Of a stretch of DNA of 64,000 bases, positions 52,231-61,920 are shown in pieces. The notes under the pieces were generated by a model. That model was not told the origin of the DNA, did not search any database, and saw only the letters and a list, made by a program, of their open reading frames with translations. Each line of letters begins with the position of its first letter. Position 1 is the first letter of the stretch. The position numbers were made by a program, and so were the translations under genes. Source of the stretch: Vulcanimicrobiota bacterium (lineage in GTDB: Bacteria > Vulcanimicrobiota > Vulcanimicrobiia > Vulcanimicrobiales > Vulcanimicrobiaceae); contig CAWETW010000002.1 in NCBI GenBank assembly GCA_963812155.1, positions 96,001 to 160,000 on the forward strand, read 5' to 3'.

Positions 52231-52862
52231 ATGAACGTATTCGTTGGCGCGCCGGGTCGCGAGTTTCTCGGATCGAGCGAGATTTTCATCATCCTGTTCG
52301 TAACCTTGGGGCCGATCAATTTCATCAATCTTTTCGCTCGCATGGCGGCCGGCCTCGACGCAAAGGCGGTTGCCGGGCTTGCGGTAAGAAGTACGTTGCT
52401 TGCAACGGTCGCCATCGTATTCTCAGGGATTGTCGGGAGTTTCATGCTGGAGAAATGGAAAATCTCGGTCCCGGCGATCGCTCTCACGGGGGCGATCGTG
52501 CTGTTCGTTGCGGCCATGAGGGCGATTCTCGCCTTATACGGCGATGCGGCGCCGAACGCGGCGAGCGCCGGCTCGCGACGACGCCGTCGCAACTGGTGTT
52601 CCCGAACATCGCCACGCCGTACGGAATCGCGGCACTCATCGTTCTCTTGACGCTGGCTCCCGACGGCGCGAAGCAGATCTATCTCGTCGTGCTCGCGGTC
52701 ATGCTGATCAGCTTGATCATGATGATCTTCGTCAAGCCTCTCATGCGCGTGTTGGGCGTTCCTCTGGGACTGCTCGGCACGTTAGTATCGGTACTTCAAA
52801 TAGCGCTCAGCATTCAATTTGCGTTTTTCGCCGTTCGCACTCTGCTTGCAAAGGGCATCTGA
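52231..52862 (+). CDS. MarC family membrane protein, frameshift near 52570
   Basis: AAGGAG RBS, LFVTLGPI, VFPNIATPYGIAALI in second frame. Confidence 0.75.
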
Positions 52863-52865
52863 GAG

Positions 52866-54038
52866 TTAGAACAAGATTCCGCTGAGTTTTTTCAGTATCT
52901 CGGAGAGCGGCATCTGGGTAAGCAGCAGCGGAGCGACGGGCAGGAGAGCCGCCGCGGCAAACGTCACGATCATCTGAAGGGTTATCGGTACGCCGCGCAT
53001 CGTCTGGACGATCTCGTAACTTCCCGACATGTCTGCGAGAGATTGGATGTCGGCGCTTCCGACCAGCGTCTCCTTATAATCGGTTTCCGGGACGATCCAC
53101 TTATCCTGAAATTCGTTCGCGTAACGGGCCGCCAGCGCGCCGTATTCGATAATGCCGCGCCGCTTTGCGCGCGTGAGCGAGCTCGCGAAGACCGTGAGCG
53201 GGGCGAGGGTTAGGCAAAGCACGAACACGACGACCGCCGCGATCTCGCCCTTGAACTCCGGTAGACTCGCCTTCGCGATGATGACTCGCGTCGAAAGCCA
53301 GCCGGCGAGCAAAGCCCCGTGCGCCATCGCGAAAAGCGCGAATACCTGCGTTCCGATAACCAGAAAGCCGAGACCTCCGACTCGATCGGGGTGCGTTGGG
53401 ACGAGGTTGAGCTTCAGCCGAGAGACCTGCGCCAAGAAGCGCGCCCAAATGAAGAGCCGGAAGTACCACCGCAGTAAGACGAACTCAAAGATAGGCAGGC
53501 TGAAATATGCGTAGCAAACGCCGGCGGGAGTCGGATGCGATCCTTGGGCGGCCGAACTTGCATACCACGTTGCAACGGATGCGACGTACAAACTGTGAAC
53601 GACCAGAGTGTCGAAGAAGTAGATGATGCCGATGAGCACCAAATCGGCGACGACGGAATCGCCAAGCCTGAACGCCGATGCAACCGCGGCCTCGAACCGG
53701 CGGCCCGACGCTTCGGGAACGAGACGCCGTGCGAGAAACTGCTGCAGGACGGGAAGCAGACGCGCTTCGCCCAACCGCGCTGCCAGAATGAAGAGCGGCA
53801 GCGCCACGAGCAAGCGGATGTGCGCCGAGAGATCGAGCAGGAACGGCTTTGCAACGCTTCCGGGGAGTAGCTTTCCGTCGAGCGTCGAGAGGATGAGGAG
53901 CGGAAGCCACGCGAGTAGCGGCAGTACGAGCATCGCCGCCATTCGGAGTCTCAGCAACGTGGCGTCCGTCACGCCAAGGCGCTGAAGGCCCCGCGAAACC
54001 AGGCCCCCGTTGAACGCCACGGCGCTGTTCGGAATCAC
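52866..54038 (-). CDS. Hypothetical polytopic membrane protein
   Basis: Multiple TM helices, PTHPDRVGGLGFL, DIQSLAD. Confidence 0.75.
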   Translation of the reverse strand: MIPNSAVAFNGGLVSRGLQRLGVTDATLLRLRMAAMLVLPLLAWLPLLILSTLDGKLLPGSVAKPFLLDLSAHIRLLVALPLFILAARLGEARLLPVLQQFLARRLVPEASGRRFEAAVASAFRLGDSVVADLVLIGIIYFFDTLVVHSLYVASVATWYASSAAQGSHPTPAGVCYAYFSLPIFEFVLLRWYFRLFIWARFLAQVSRLKLNLVPTHPDRVGGLGFLVIGTQVFALFAMAHGALLAGWLSTRVIIAKASLPEFKGEIAAVVVFVLCLTLAPLTVFASSLTRAKRRGIIEYGALAARYANEFQDKWIVPETDYKETLVGSADIQSLADMSGSYEIVQTMRGVPITLQMIVTFAAAALLPVAPLLLTQMPLSEILKKLSGILF

Positions 54039-54127
54039 TCCTGGCGTGCTTGCGCGGAAAGGGTATTTAGGCCTTCTCCCGGACTTACGTCAAACGCAAC
54101 TCCGTGAAATGAAGGGATCTGCCTGTT

Positions 54128-54688
54128 ATGAATTCGGACGAAGCCCGCTGGGAAAATCCGCAAGCGATGGCCATTCCAAAGGAAGGCTATTTCGAACGTG
54201 TGGAGGGCAACTATGGCCCGATCTTTCCGCGAACGCCGGCAAACTACGGCTTTACGATCATCGCGAAGCTCAAGCCGGGACGCGAGGCTGCGATGCGAAC
54301 GTTTGCCGATAACATAGAAAAGGCAATAAAAGCCGACCCGAACTTTCTCGCTGCGTTAAAATTGCACTTCTTAAAATGGGTGCTGTTCGATATCGGCGGC
54401 GAGACGTACTTTATGTATCAGGGAGTTTTCGATACCGATTTCGACAAGTACACTGATGACGCCGTGGCGCTGTTCGGGAAAGCGGGCTTGTCAACGTCGT
54501 TTGAAAATCTCGAGGGCTTTCCGGAAGACTGGAAAACCAATATTCCGGCTTTCATAAAGTTCGTCCGCGATCATCATCGGCCCAGCTTCTTGGAGTACGG
54601 CGAGTACCCGTACGTCAGCACGGACGAAATAAAGAAGGCGTTACGGATCAAGAAGACGTTCGGCGAGATGCTGGACCAGATGCAATAA
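54128..54688 (+). CDS. Hypothetical protein, first gene of Dyp operon
   Basis: Clean 186-aa ORF, aromatic-rich (LHFLKWVLFD, FDTDFDKY, EYGEYP). Confidence 0.8.
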   Translation: MNSDEARWENPQAMAIPKEGYFERVEGNYGPIFPRTPANYGFTIIAKLKPGREAAMRTFADNIEKAIKADPNFLAALKLHFLKWVLFDIGGETYFMYQGVFDTDFDKYTDDAVALFGKAGLSTSFENLEGFPEDWKTNIPAFIKFVRDHHRPSFLEYGEYPYVSTDEIKKALRIKKTFGEMLDQMQ

Positions 54689-54708
54689 GGCGAGCGAAGC
54701 CTATTTCC

Positions 54709-56133
54709 GTGACCGCATCGCATAACTCCGTGACCGAATCGTACGACCTCATCGCAATCGGTGCAGGGCCGGCCGGCGAGAGCGCAACCGAGCTGGCATC
54801 CTTCTTCGGCTTGCGGTCGGCCATAGTCGAGAAAAATCGGCCGGGCGGGACGGTTACGACCACCGGCGGCGCGCCGACGAAGACCCTGCGCGAAGCGGCG
54901 CTTTTCGTTTCGGGATTCCGCGATGCCGACGTCTACGGCCTGCGCGCGACGGTCCCGCCTGAAGTTGCGATGGACGTCATTCGCACCCGAACGTGGGGAG
55001 TGTGTTCGCTGCTTCAGGATCTTACGAAAAAGAACGTCCTGGCACGAAACGTCGATTATATCGAGGGGGAAGCGACGCTCGATCGCGAGGGCGGCGTTCG
55101 CGTTTCCCGCGAGGGTCGCACGCTTGCAACCCTGCGCGCGAAGGTCGTCCTCATCGCGACCGGATCGCGCCCGCGGCGGCCGAAGGGGGCCGCCTTCGAA
55201 CTATCCGGCGTTTTCGATACCGACACGATTCTCTATCGGGAGCGCGGCGCACCCAAGGCGATCGTCATCGTCGGGGGCGGCCCCGTCGGTATTGAGTTCG
55301 CGACCATCTGCCACGCATTGGGATCTCATGTCACGATCGTCGATCGCGGCGAGCGCTTGGCAACGATAATGGACGGCGAAATCGCCGAGCGCATGGAGCG
55401 TCTGTTTCGCGAGTGGGGCGTCGACGTGAAGTTCGGTTGTACGGTGGACGACGTCGCCGCGAGCGGAGACGATCTCGACGTTACGCTTTCGACGCAAGAG
55501 CACGTCGCCGCCGACACGGTGCTGATCGCAGCAGGCCGCGCCGCCAATACCGAAGGGCTGGGTCTCGAATCGGCCGGCGTGCGCGTCGACGCACGCGGGC
55601 AAATCGAAGTGGACGCCCGCTTTCGCACGTCGGCCGACGGTATCTACGCGGCCGGCGACGTCCTCAGACCCACGCTCGCCTCGATTGCGATGGAGCAGGG
55701 ACGCGCGGCAATCTGTTGCGCTTTCGGGTTCCCGTTTGAAGGGAACGTGGATCCGACACCCGTCTCGGCTATCTACGGCATGCCGGAACTCTCGGGAGCG
55801 GGTCTTACCGAAGAGGATTGTCGCGAGCGCGGATTGAGCTACGAGGTCGGCCGCGCCGACCTCGCACTGACGCCGCGCGGCGCGATTGCGGGACGCGGAG
55901 GTTTGCTCAAGCTGATTTTCCAAACGGACGACCGGAAACTCGTCGGCGTTCATTGCATCGGCGAGATCGCGTCGGAAATCGTCGGAATAGGCCAAATGGC
56001 GATTCGCTGCGGGGGTACGCTGAACACCCTAGCGACGATGTCGTTCAATACGCCGACGTATAGCTACGCGTACAAATATGCGGCACTCGACGGACTGCGG
56101 CGCCTCGCCGCACGGGGAGATGGCACACGATGA
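54709..56133 (+). CDS. SthA-like flavoprotein (pyridine nucleotide-disulfide oxidoreductase fold)
   Basis: IGAGPAG, IATGSRP, GGGPVGIE, IYAAGDV, MEQGR, GVHCIG, FNTPT; no CxxxxC. Confidence 0.8.
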   Translation: MTASHNSVTESYDLIAIGAGPAGESATELASFFGLRSAIVEKNRPGGTVTTTGGAPTKTLREAALFVSGFRDADVYGLRATVPPEVAMDVIRTRTWGVCSLLQDLTKKNVLARNVDYIEGEATLDREGGVRVSREGRTLATLRAKVVLIATGSRPRRPKGAAFELSGVFDTDTILYRERGAPKAIVIVGGGPVGIEFATICHALGSHVTIVDRGERLATIMDGEIAERMERLFREWGVDVKFGCTVDDVAASGDDLDVTLSTQEHVAADTVLIAAGRAANTEGLGLESAGVRVDARGQIEVDARFRTSADGIYAAGDVLRPTLASIAMEQGRAAICCAFGFPFEGNVDPTPVSAIYGMPELSGAGLTEEDCRERGLSYEVGRADLALTPRGAIAGRGGLLKLIFQTDDRKLVGVHCIGEIASEIVGIGQMAIRCGGTLNTLATMSFNTPTYSYAYKYAALDGLRRLAARGDGTR

Positions 56134-57143
56134 CGGCTTCGGCATTGGGCAGAACCTATAATCAGCCCCACGTACCGCGAAAGTACGCGGCCGGGAAGCG
56201 CCGATTCAGCGTGTACTGGACCTGGAGTTATCCCTTCGAGGCGAATCGCGACGTCACGCAGCTCGACAATCGCTTTTCGACGATGACCGAAGTCCGGCGC
56301 GTCGCGTGGCCGGCCTACGAGACGAACGAATATTCGGCGAAGATGTTCTTACAAGGCATCGCCGGAACGCTCGAGCTCTTTCATCTCTCGCTGGTGAATT
56401 TCCAAAACGCGGTTGAGGAAGCTACCGGGAACGCGGTGGCCGTGTACCAGCGCGTCGACCAGGCCGGCCAGAAGTTGCCGATCGACGAGCGCATTTTAGC
56501 CGATACCGACACGCTCATGATCTTCGGCCTCGACCACATGGCCGGCGACGAAGAAGCCTCGCCCGCGGAAATCGCGGCGCTCGAGGACTTCTTGAGTCGC
56601 GACGGCACGTGTCTCATTCTCGGGCCCCATCACGACGTCGGCGCGTCGTCGGATTTGAAGGTTCGCGACATGGAATACTACCATCACGGCGACGCGCTCG
56701 TGCCGCGGCAGCAACGCTTCGCGAAATACGTGCGCTCGCTGATGAAAGGGCTCGGCGTGCCGGTCGAAAACCGCTACGGGCTGCGTCCGGCGACGCACGC
56801 GGGCACGACCCGCCCGGTACCGATCGTTGCAGCCCACGATCTAGACGCGCGCGGCTGGCTGACGGGCGTCTCGTCGTTCGTGTTCCACATGCACCTGCCG
56901 CACTACGCGCTGACCGAAGAGCATCCCAAAGGCATTCACGTGCTTGCGCGCCAGCCGGTGGATTTGTCGAAGCCGCACCCCTTCACCGAGGCGGGCAATC
57001 GGGAGATCAACATGTTTCTTTGGATTCCGCCTGCGGGCAAACGCGCGGGCGACATCCTGTTCGCCGATTCGACCATCTTCACGACGCTCTTCGGCGGCGA
57101 TGAAAGCTTGACGCGTTTCTGGCAAAATCTCGCTACAAAGTAG
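56130..57143 (+). CDS. Hypothetical protein in Dyp operon
   Basis: 337-aa ORF, ATGA overlap with upstream gene; FGLDH, LGPHHDVG, FHMHLPHY. Confidence 0.8.
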   Translation: MTASALGRTYNQPHVPRKYAAGKRRFSVYWTWSYPFEANRDVTQLDNRFSTMTEVRRVAWPAYETNEYSAKMFLQGIAGTLELFHLSLVNFQNAVEEATGNAVAVYQRVDQAGQKLPIDERILADTDTLMIFGLDHMAGDEEASPAEIAALEDFLSRDGTCLILGPHHDVGASSDLKVRDMEYYHHGDALVPRQQRFAKYVRSLMKGLGVPVENRYGLRPATHAGTTRPVPIVAAHDLDARGWLTGVSSFVFHMHLPHYALTEEHPKGIHVLARQPVDLSKPHPFTEAGNREINMFLWIPPAGKRAGDILFADSTIFTTLFGGDESLTRFWQNLATK

Positions 57144-57149
57144 GAAACG

Positions 57150-58472
57150 ATGGCAAATCTCGAACTCGACGACATTCAAAGCGGCGCGCTTCGGCCGCGC
57201 CCCACCCCTTTTGCCGCGACCTACATCATCCTCCGAATCGACGATCGCACCGCCGGCCGCGCGTTGATGCGCCGCCTGAGCGGCGTCGTCGCGTCGGCCG
57301 CGCATCCCGAGAGTCCCGCGCGCGATACGTGGGTGAGCGCGTCGCTAACGTTTCAAGGGCTCAAGAAACTGGGCGTTCCACAACCTTCGCTCGATAGTTT
57401 TTCACCGCAATTTCGGCAAGGCATGGCGGCGCGAGCGCGACAGTTGCACGACGTCGGCGAGAACGCTCCCGAGCACTGGGAGAAGCCGCTCGGCACGGAC
57501 GACGTGCACGTCGTGTTGACGGGAATTTCGACCGATGCGGCGCGGCTGGAAACGGCGATCGGCCGGGCGCGCGAAGCGTATCAGACGACGCCTGGAATCA
57601 CCGCGATTTGGCGGCAAGATTGCTACGCACTTCCGACCGAGACCGAGCCGTTCGGTTTCAAGGACGGCATCAGCCATCCGGCGATCGAAGGCAGCGGCAT
57701 TCCCGGAACGAACCCGCACGAGGTTCCGTTGAAGGCGGGCGAGTTCGTTCTCGGATACCCCGACGAATACGGCGGCATTCCGGCGATTCCGCAGCCGGAC
57801 GTGCTAGGCCGCAACGCGAGCTACATCGTGTTTCGAAAACTGTACCAGCGGGTTGCAGCATTTCGCCAATACCTCAAAGCAAACGCGTCGAATCCCGGCG
57901 ACGAGGAGTTTTTGGCGGCCAAGATGATGGGACGCTGGCGCAGCGGGGCTCCGCTCGCGTCCTGTCCCGTTCACGACGATCCTGCGATCGGCGCCGACTC
58001 GGCGAAGAATAACGATTTCTTGTTCAAAGCGGACGATCCGCTCGGATACAAGACGCCGCTCGGATCGCATATCCGTCGCGTGAATCCCCGCGACGCCGAC
58101 GTCGCGGGCGTCGCGCGAATTCATCGCATGATTCGGCGCGGGACGGCGTACGGGCCGCTCTTGCCCGAGGGCGTGCTCGAAGACGACGGTGCAGATCGAG
58201 GGCTCATGTTCGCGTTCGTCGGCGCGAATCTCGGCCGTCAGTTCGAATTCGTCCAGTCCGAATGGATGAACGACAGCGCCTTTTTTGGTGGCGCGTCGGA
58301 GCAAGATCCGATCGCCGGCGCGGCCGACGACAGTGGAATATTTCCGATACCGCGCAGGCCGATCCGAAGGGTCCTTGCGGGGCTGCCGCGATTCGTCGTC
58401 ACGCGCGGCGGAGAGTACTGCTTCCTGCCGAGTCTGAGCGCGCTGCGCTGGCTCGGAGACCTCGACGCCTAG
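57150..58472 (+). CDS. Dyp-type heme peroxidase
   Basis: FGFKDGISHP (GxxDG), GEFVLGY, KMMGRW, SHIRRVNPR, MIRRG..YG, RQFEFVQ. Confidence 0.92.
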   Translation: MANLELDDIQSGALRPRPTPFAATYIILRIDDRTAGRALMRRLSGVVASAAHPESPARDTWVSASLTFQGLKKLGVPQPSLDSFSPQFRQGMAARARQLHDVGENAPEHWEKPLGTDDVHVVLTGISTDAARLETAIGRAREAYQTTPGITAIWRQDCYALPTETEPFGFKDGISHPAIEGSGIPGTNPHEVPLKAGEFVLGYPDEYGGIPAIPQPDVLGRNASYIVFRKLYQRVAAFRQYLKANASNPGDEEFLAAKMMGRWRSGAPLASCPVHDDPAIGADSAKNNDFLFKADDPLGYKTPLGSHIRRVNPRDADVAGVARIHRMIRRGTAYGPLLPEGVLEDDGADRGLMFAFVGANLGRQFEFVQSEWMNDSAFFGGASEQDPIAGAADDSGIFPIPRRPIRRVLAGLPRFVVTRGGEYCFLPSLSALRWLGDLDA

Positions 58473-58496
58473 ACCGCACATCACTATAGTAGTTCG

Positions 58497-59153
58497 ATGC
58501 AACCCCAGTCGAGCGAGCGGACTGCCTCGCGTCTAGGCGCGGTGCTCGTCGTGCTGACGATCGTCGTGCTTATTATGGTATTGCCGCGACGCTACAGCCT
58601 GATGCCGAGCTGGTTCGCGTATATCGGCGTTGCGTTGATGTTGGTGCCGATGCTTCTGGCCTGGGCGAAGCCGGGAAGTCGCGCGTGGCGACGATTCGAG
58701 CGCATCGCCGAATTCTTTGCCGTCGGTGCCGCGCTCGCGTTCAACTCGCTCAATCTTTTCGTGGCGGCGTACAACCTTGTCGAAAACCCCGGGAAACTCG
58801 AGCCGGTTCCCTTATTCTATACGTCCATCGGAATCTGGACGGGCAACATTCTCATCTTTACGTTGATGTATTGGCTGGTGGATAGCGGCGGTCCCGACGC
58901 CCGTCTGAACCACAAAGCACCGTATCCGGACTTCGACTTCCCCGCGATGGCCGACGATGCGCCGGTTCCACCCGACTGGCGGCCCGGCATGATCGATTAT
59001 CTTTTTCTCGGCTTCACGACGTCCACCGCATTCAGCCCCACGGAGGCGATGCCGCTAACGCAACGCGCGAAACTGCTCGTCATCGCTCAAAGCGCAATCT
59101 CGCTCATCACGATCGCAATCGTCGCCGCGCGCACGATCAATATCTTGAAATAA
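58497..59153 (+). CDS. DUF1345-like membrane protein
   Basis: DSGGP, PDFDFP, W.P..IDYL.LGFT.STAFSPT. Confidence 0.75.
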   Translation: MQPQSSERTASRLGAVLVVLTIVVLIMVLPRRYSLMPSWFAYIGVALMLVPMLLAWAKPGSRAWRRFERIAEFFAVGAALAFNSLNLFVAAYNLVENPGKLEPVPLFYTSIGIWTGNILIFTLMYWLVDSGGPDARLNHKAPYPDFDFPAMADDAPVPPDWRPGMIDYLFLGFTTSTAFSPTEAMPLTQRAKLLVIAQSAISLITIAIVAARTINILK

Positions 59154-59160
59154 CGTCGCT

Positions 59161-60186
59161 TTAGCTAGCCGGTGGTGCCGGCGATGACGGTTTGGCCGTA
59201 CCGTTGGTCGGTATGAGGTCGAGCGTAACGGTATCGAGCCGATACGTACCGGCGCCGACGAAGCTGTTGGGCTGCGCGCACACGACGCTGTTTTCCGGAC
59301 CGTAGACGACGACGAGCCCTGTCGGTCCGCACTGCGTCTGCGTTAGTTGATAGGTCGTAAGAAATGTTGCGCCGGGCGTACCGGCCTGAACTTCGTACGA
59401 GTTGTACGTAACGTCGGTATCTTCGTCGACGATTGCGCCGTATACGGCTGCCGACGTCACGCCGATCGCCATCGCACCCCAGAAGCCTCCACCCCAATAG
59501 TAAGGCACCGGAGCCCACATGGCGCCGCCGTTCCATCCGTAGTAGCCGCCGCCGCCGTACACCGGATTGTTCACGATGACGTTGTTGCCGCCACCGCCTC
59601 CTCCGCCGCCGGGACGAGTGCCACCGGCACCTCCGACGCCGCCCACGCCACCAACGCCGCCGACTCCACCGACGCCGCCGACGCCACCGACTCCGCCGAC
59701 GCCCCCAACACCGCCGACGCCCCCAACACCGCCGGGACGGCCAGGGCCTCCCACGCCGCCCACGCCGCCAACATTACCCGGGCCGCCGGGCCCGCCGGGA
59801 CGGCCTGGGCCGCCGACGCCGCCAACACCACCCGGACCGCCGACGCCGCCGACTCCACCGGGACGTTGCGCGACGCCGGGCCTTTGCATTCCACTGCCGG
59901 GAAGATTATTGGGACGCTGCGCCATGCCGGAGCGTTGCATCCCGCCCCCGCGCGAAAAATCTGACCCTCCGAGACCGAACCCCCCGCCGCCGGAGCGTCC
60001 ACCGCCGCTCGGGCGCGCGCCGCCGCTGGGACGCGCACCGCCGCCGCGTGCGCCACCGCCGCCCGCGCGCGCACCGCCGCCTCCGCGCCCGCCGCCGCCG
60101 CCGCGTCCTCCGCCACGCTGCGCGTCAGCCGGAATGCAAAACTGCGCGACGATCGCGAGCGACAACAAAAATGCAAGGTACTTCAC
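59161..60186 (-). CDS. Secreted glycine-rich repeat protein
   Basis: Signal peptide, RGG tract, (GGV)n tract, aromatic segment, C-terminal Cys pair. Confidence 0.75.
   Translation of the reverse strand: MKYLAFLLSLAIVAQFCIPADAQRGGGRGGGGGRGGGGARAGGGGARGGGARPSGGARPSGGGRSGGGGFGLGGSDFSRGGGMQRSGMAQRPNNLPGSGMQRPGVAQRPGGVGGVGGPGGVGGVGGPGRPGGPGGPGNVGGVGGVGGPGRPGGVGGVGGVGGVGGVGGVGGVGGVGGVGGVGGVGGAGGTRPGGGGGGGGNNVIVNNPVYGGGGYYGWNGGAMWAPVPYYWGGGFWGAMAIGVTSAAVYGAIVDEDTDVTYNSYEVQAGTPGATFLTTYQLTQTQCGPTGLVVVYGPENSVVCAQPNSFVGAGTYRLDTVTLDLIPTNGTAKPSSPAPPAS
59630..59862. repeat. Degenerate 9-bp tandem coding repeat (GGV/GGP)n
   Basis: Repeated ccgacgccg/ccaacaccg units with variation at third codon positions of the minus-strand frame. 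Confidence 0.85.
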
Positions 60187-60638
60187 TCGCGTATGACCTC
60201 GTCCATTCGCCCACGCGCGTCGATAAACGTACCGTCCCGCAGCGTGATGGCAAGCATCACGCTATCCGCGGGGAGCTTCTGCGACGAGAACATCATCGTT
60301 TGTGCGTCGTTGGTGTCGTTAAAGTAGATCGTGCCGCTCTTCAAATCGAGCGCGTTGCTCTCGCCGTGCTGCACGAGAGCGGCCGACTTCGGAAAGCACA
60401 CCATGATCTTTCCCTGATAGGAACACGCGGCTCGCGTGACGACGAGTGTCCCGTCGCCGTCGTCGGACGTCAAGAAGAGCGATCCGGAAAAGACCTTGAT
60501 TTCGACGTCGTTATACGAACGCTGCCCGCTGCTTATCCGGTGGATGTTCATCGTTCCGATTGCGCTCGCCGGAGCCGGTACCAGAATGCAGCAGGCCGTC
60601 AATGCCGCCGCTACCACGATCTTTGATAGGAAATCCAA
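60183..60638 (-). CDS. Hypothetical secreted protein
   Basis: Signal-like N-terminus, AACSY..C; ATGA overlap with Gly-rich gene. Confidence 0.65.
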   Translation of the reverse strand: MDFLSKIVVAAALTACCILVPAPASAIGTMNIHRISSGQRSYNDVEIKVFSGSLFLTSDDGDGTLVVTRAACSYQGKIMVCFPKSAALVQHGESNALDLKSGTIYFNDTNDAQTMMFSSQKLPADSVMLAITLRDGTFIDARGRMDEVIRE

Positions 60639-60771
60639 GGCTCAGGTCACCTACGGTATAGCAATTCTGACGTAGCGTAACGCGGCGCCTGACTCGCTGC
60701 AACCACGCGCCAAGGTCCACCTGACAAATGGAGGCTGCACGTCAAAGAGCGCTCCCGCCGGCTCTGATTTC

Positions 60772-61722
60772 CTACGCCGACGATGCCATACGGCCAACCC
60801 GAAGCGTCTCATTGCGATCGGTCGAATCGACCCAATCGGTTCCGATGTCTTGCAGTTGTTTGAATTTCCAAGCCGTATCTTCGTCGGCGGGTGCCATCAT
60901 GCGCAAGATCAGGTCCGGCCGAATGGGTGCACTGCAGTTCGTGAAGTACACTGCCAGGCTCCCAACCAGAGGATGGTTTCGAACCGCGACGTTTTCGTCC
61001 ATCGACTCGCCCGCGACAGTCCGCCGGTTCCAAGCTCGTTGAAAGAGCACATGTCCCTTGCTCCGCTCGTAGACGGCGCTTGCGAACGGGCTGGGCCGCC
61101 GCGACGAATGGTTGAGCCGAAGCATTCCCACGGCGCGGAAGACGAACTCTTCCCGCTCGGCGCCAAGAAACGTAATCAAGGCGGGATCGAAGAGGGCGCG
61201 GATGAGCCCGTTACGCTCTACCGGGTGCTCGTGGCGGGTATGACCGTACATCGCATCCGCCAGGGCGTTCCATCGAAGCGGCGTGAGAATTTTATCGGTG
61301 ACCGTCACTGCGACGCCTCGGAGGCTACCCAACAGTGCCGGAAACGACGAGGGAATGGTGGCCTCGGATTCGGCGCCGTCGAAGGGTGATGGGCGCCGTA
61401 GCCCGGCGAGCTCGAGCATGTACTCGAACTCGGCGCTCGATAGCTGCAAAGCCGCGGCGATCCCGATCAAGGTCGATTCAGACGGGTGTATTTCGTCGCC
61501 CGCCTCGACCCGCGCATACCACTTGACGCCGATGTCGGCAAGAAATGCAACTTCTTCCCGGCGCAAACCGGGCGTACGACGGCCGCGGCGGGACACGATG
61601 CCCACTTGTTCGGGGCTAATGGCCTCGCGCCGCTTGCGCAAGAAGCGACCGAGGGCTTGGTGAGCTGTTTCAGTCGTCTCACGGGCCCCGGCTGAGTCAA
61701 AAAGCCGGTCAGGCATAGCCAC
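60772..61722 (-). CDS. XRE-HTH/MmyB-family transcriptional regulator
   Basis: LGRFLRKRRE, RRTPGLRREEVA.LA.I...WY...E.G, HPLVGSL. Confidence 0.88.
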   Translation of the reverse strand: MAMPDRLFDSAGARETTETAHQALGRFLRKRREAISPEQVGIVSRRGRRTPGLRREEVAFLADIGVKWYARVEAGDEIHPSESTLIGIAAALQLSSAEFEYMLELAGLRRPSPFDGAESEATIPSSFPALLGSLRGVAVTVTDKILTPLRWNALADAMYGHTRHEHPVERNGLIRALFDPALITFLGAEREEFVFRAVGMLRLNHSSRRPSPFASAVYERSKGHVLFQRAWNRRTVAGESMDENVAVRNHPLVGSLAVYFTNCSAPIRPDLILRMMAPADEDTAWKFKQLQDIGTDWVDSTDRNETLRVGRMASSA

Positions 61723-61920
61723 ACCTTCGTAGCAACCGAGCGGTTCTAATCATACGCTTAGAAACCGCCAGTGTCAAAACGGCCTTCAAACCAGGTTTTC
61801 TTGCCGTGACCGCTGCGTGCATTTCGCGAAGTTGGACTGCCACCTCCGAAGGGTCACCTCGCTAGGGGACCCTTTGCGAGGGTTAATAACCAATGGCGCG
61901 GCGCCGCATCGTGGGTGTAG

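Noticed and set aside
58400..58472. Encapsulin cargo-loading peptide on Dyp
   Set aside because: C-terminus LRWLGDLDA lacks a GSLxIGSL-type motif and no encapsulin gene is present
59567..60196. Pro-Thr-rich plus-strand ORF / CRISPR-like repeat
   Set aside because: Antisense of the (GGV)n gene; 9-bp tandem units with no spacers and no cas genes
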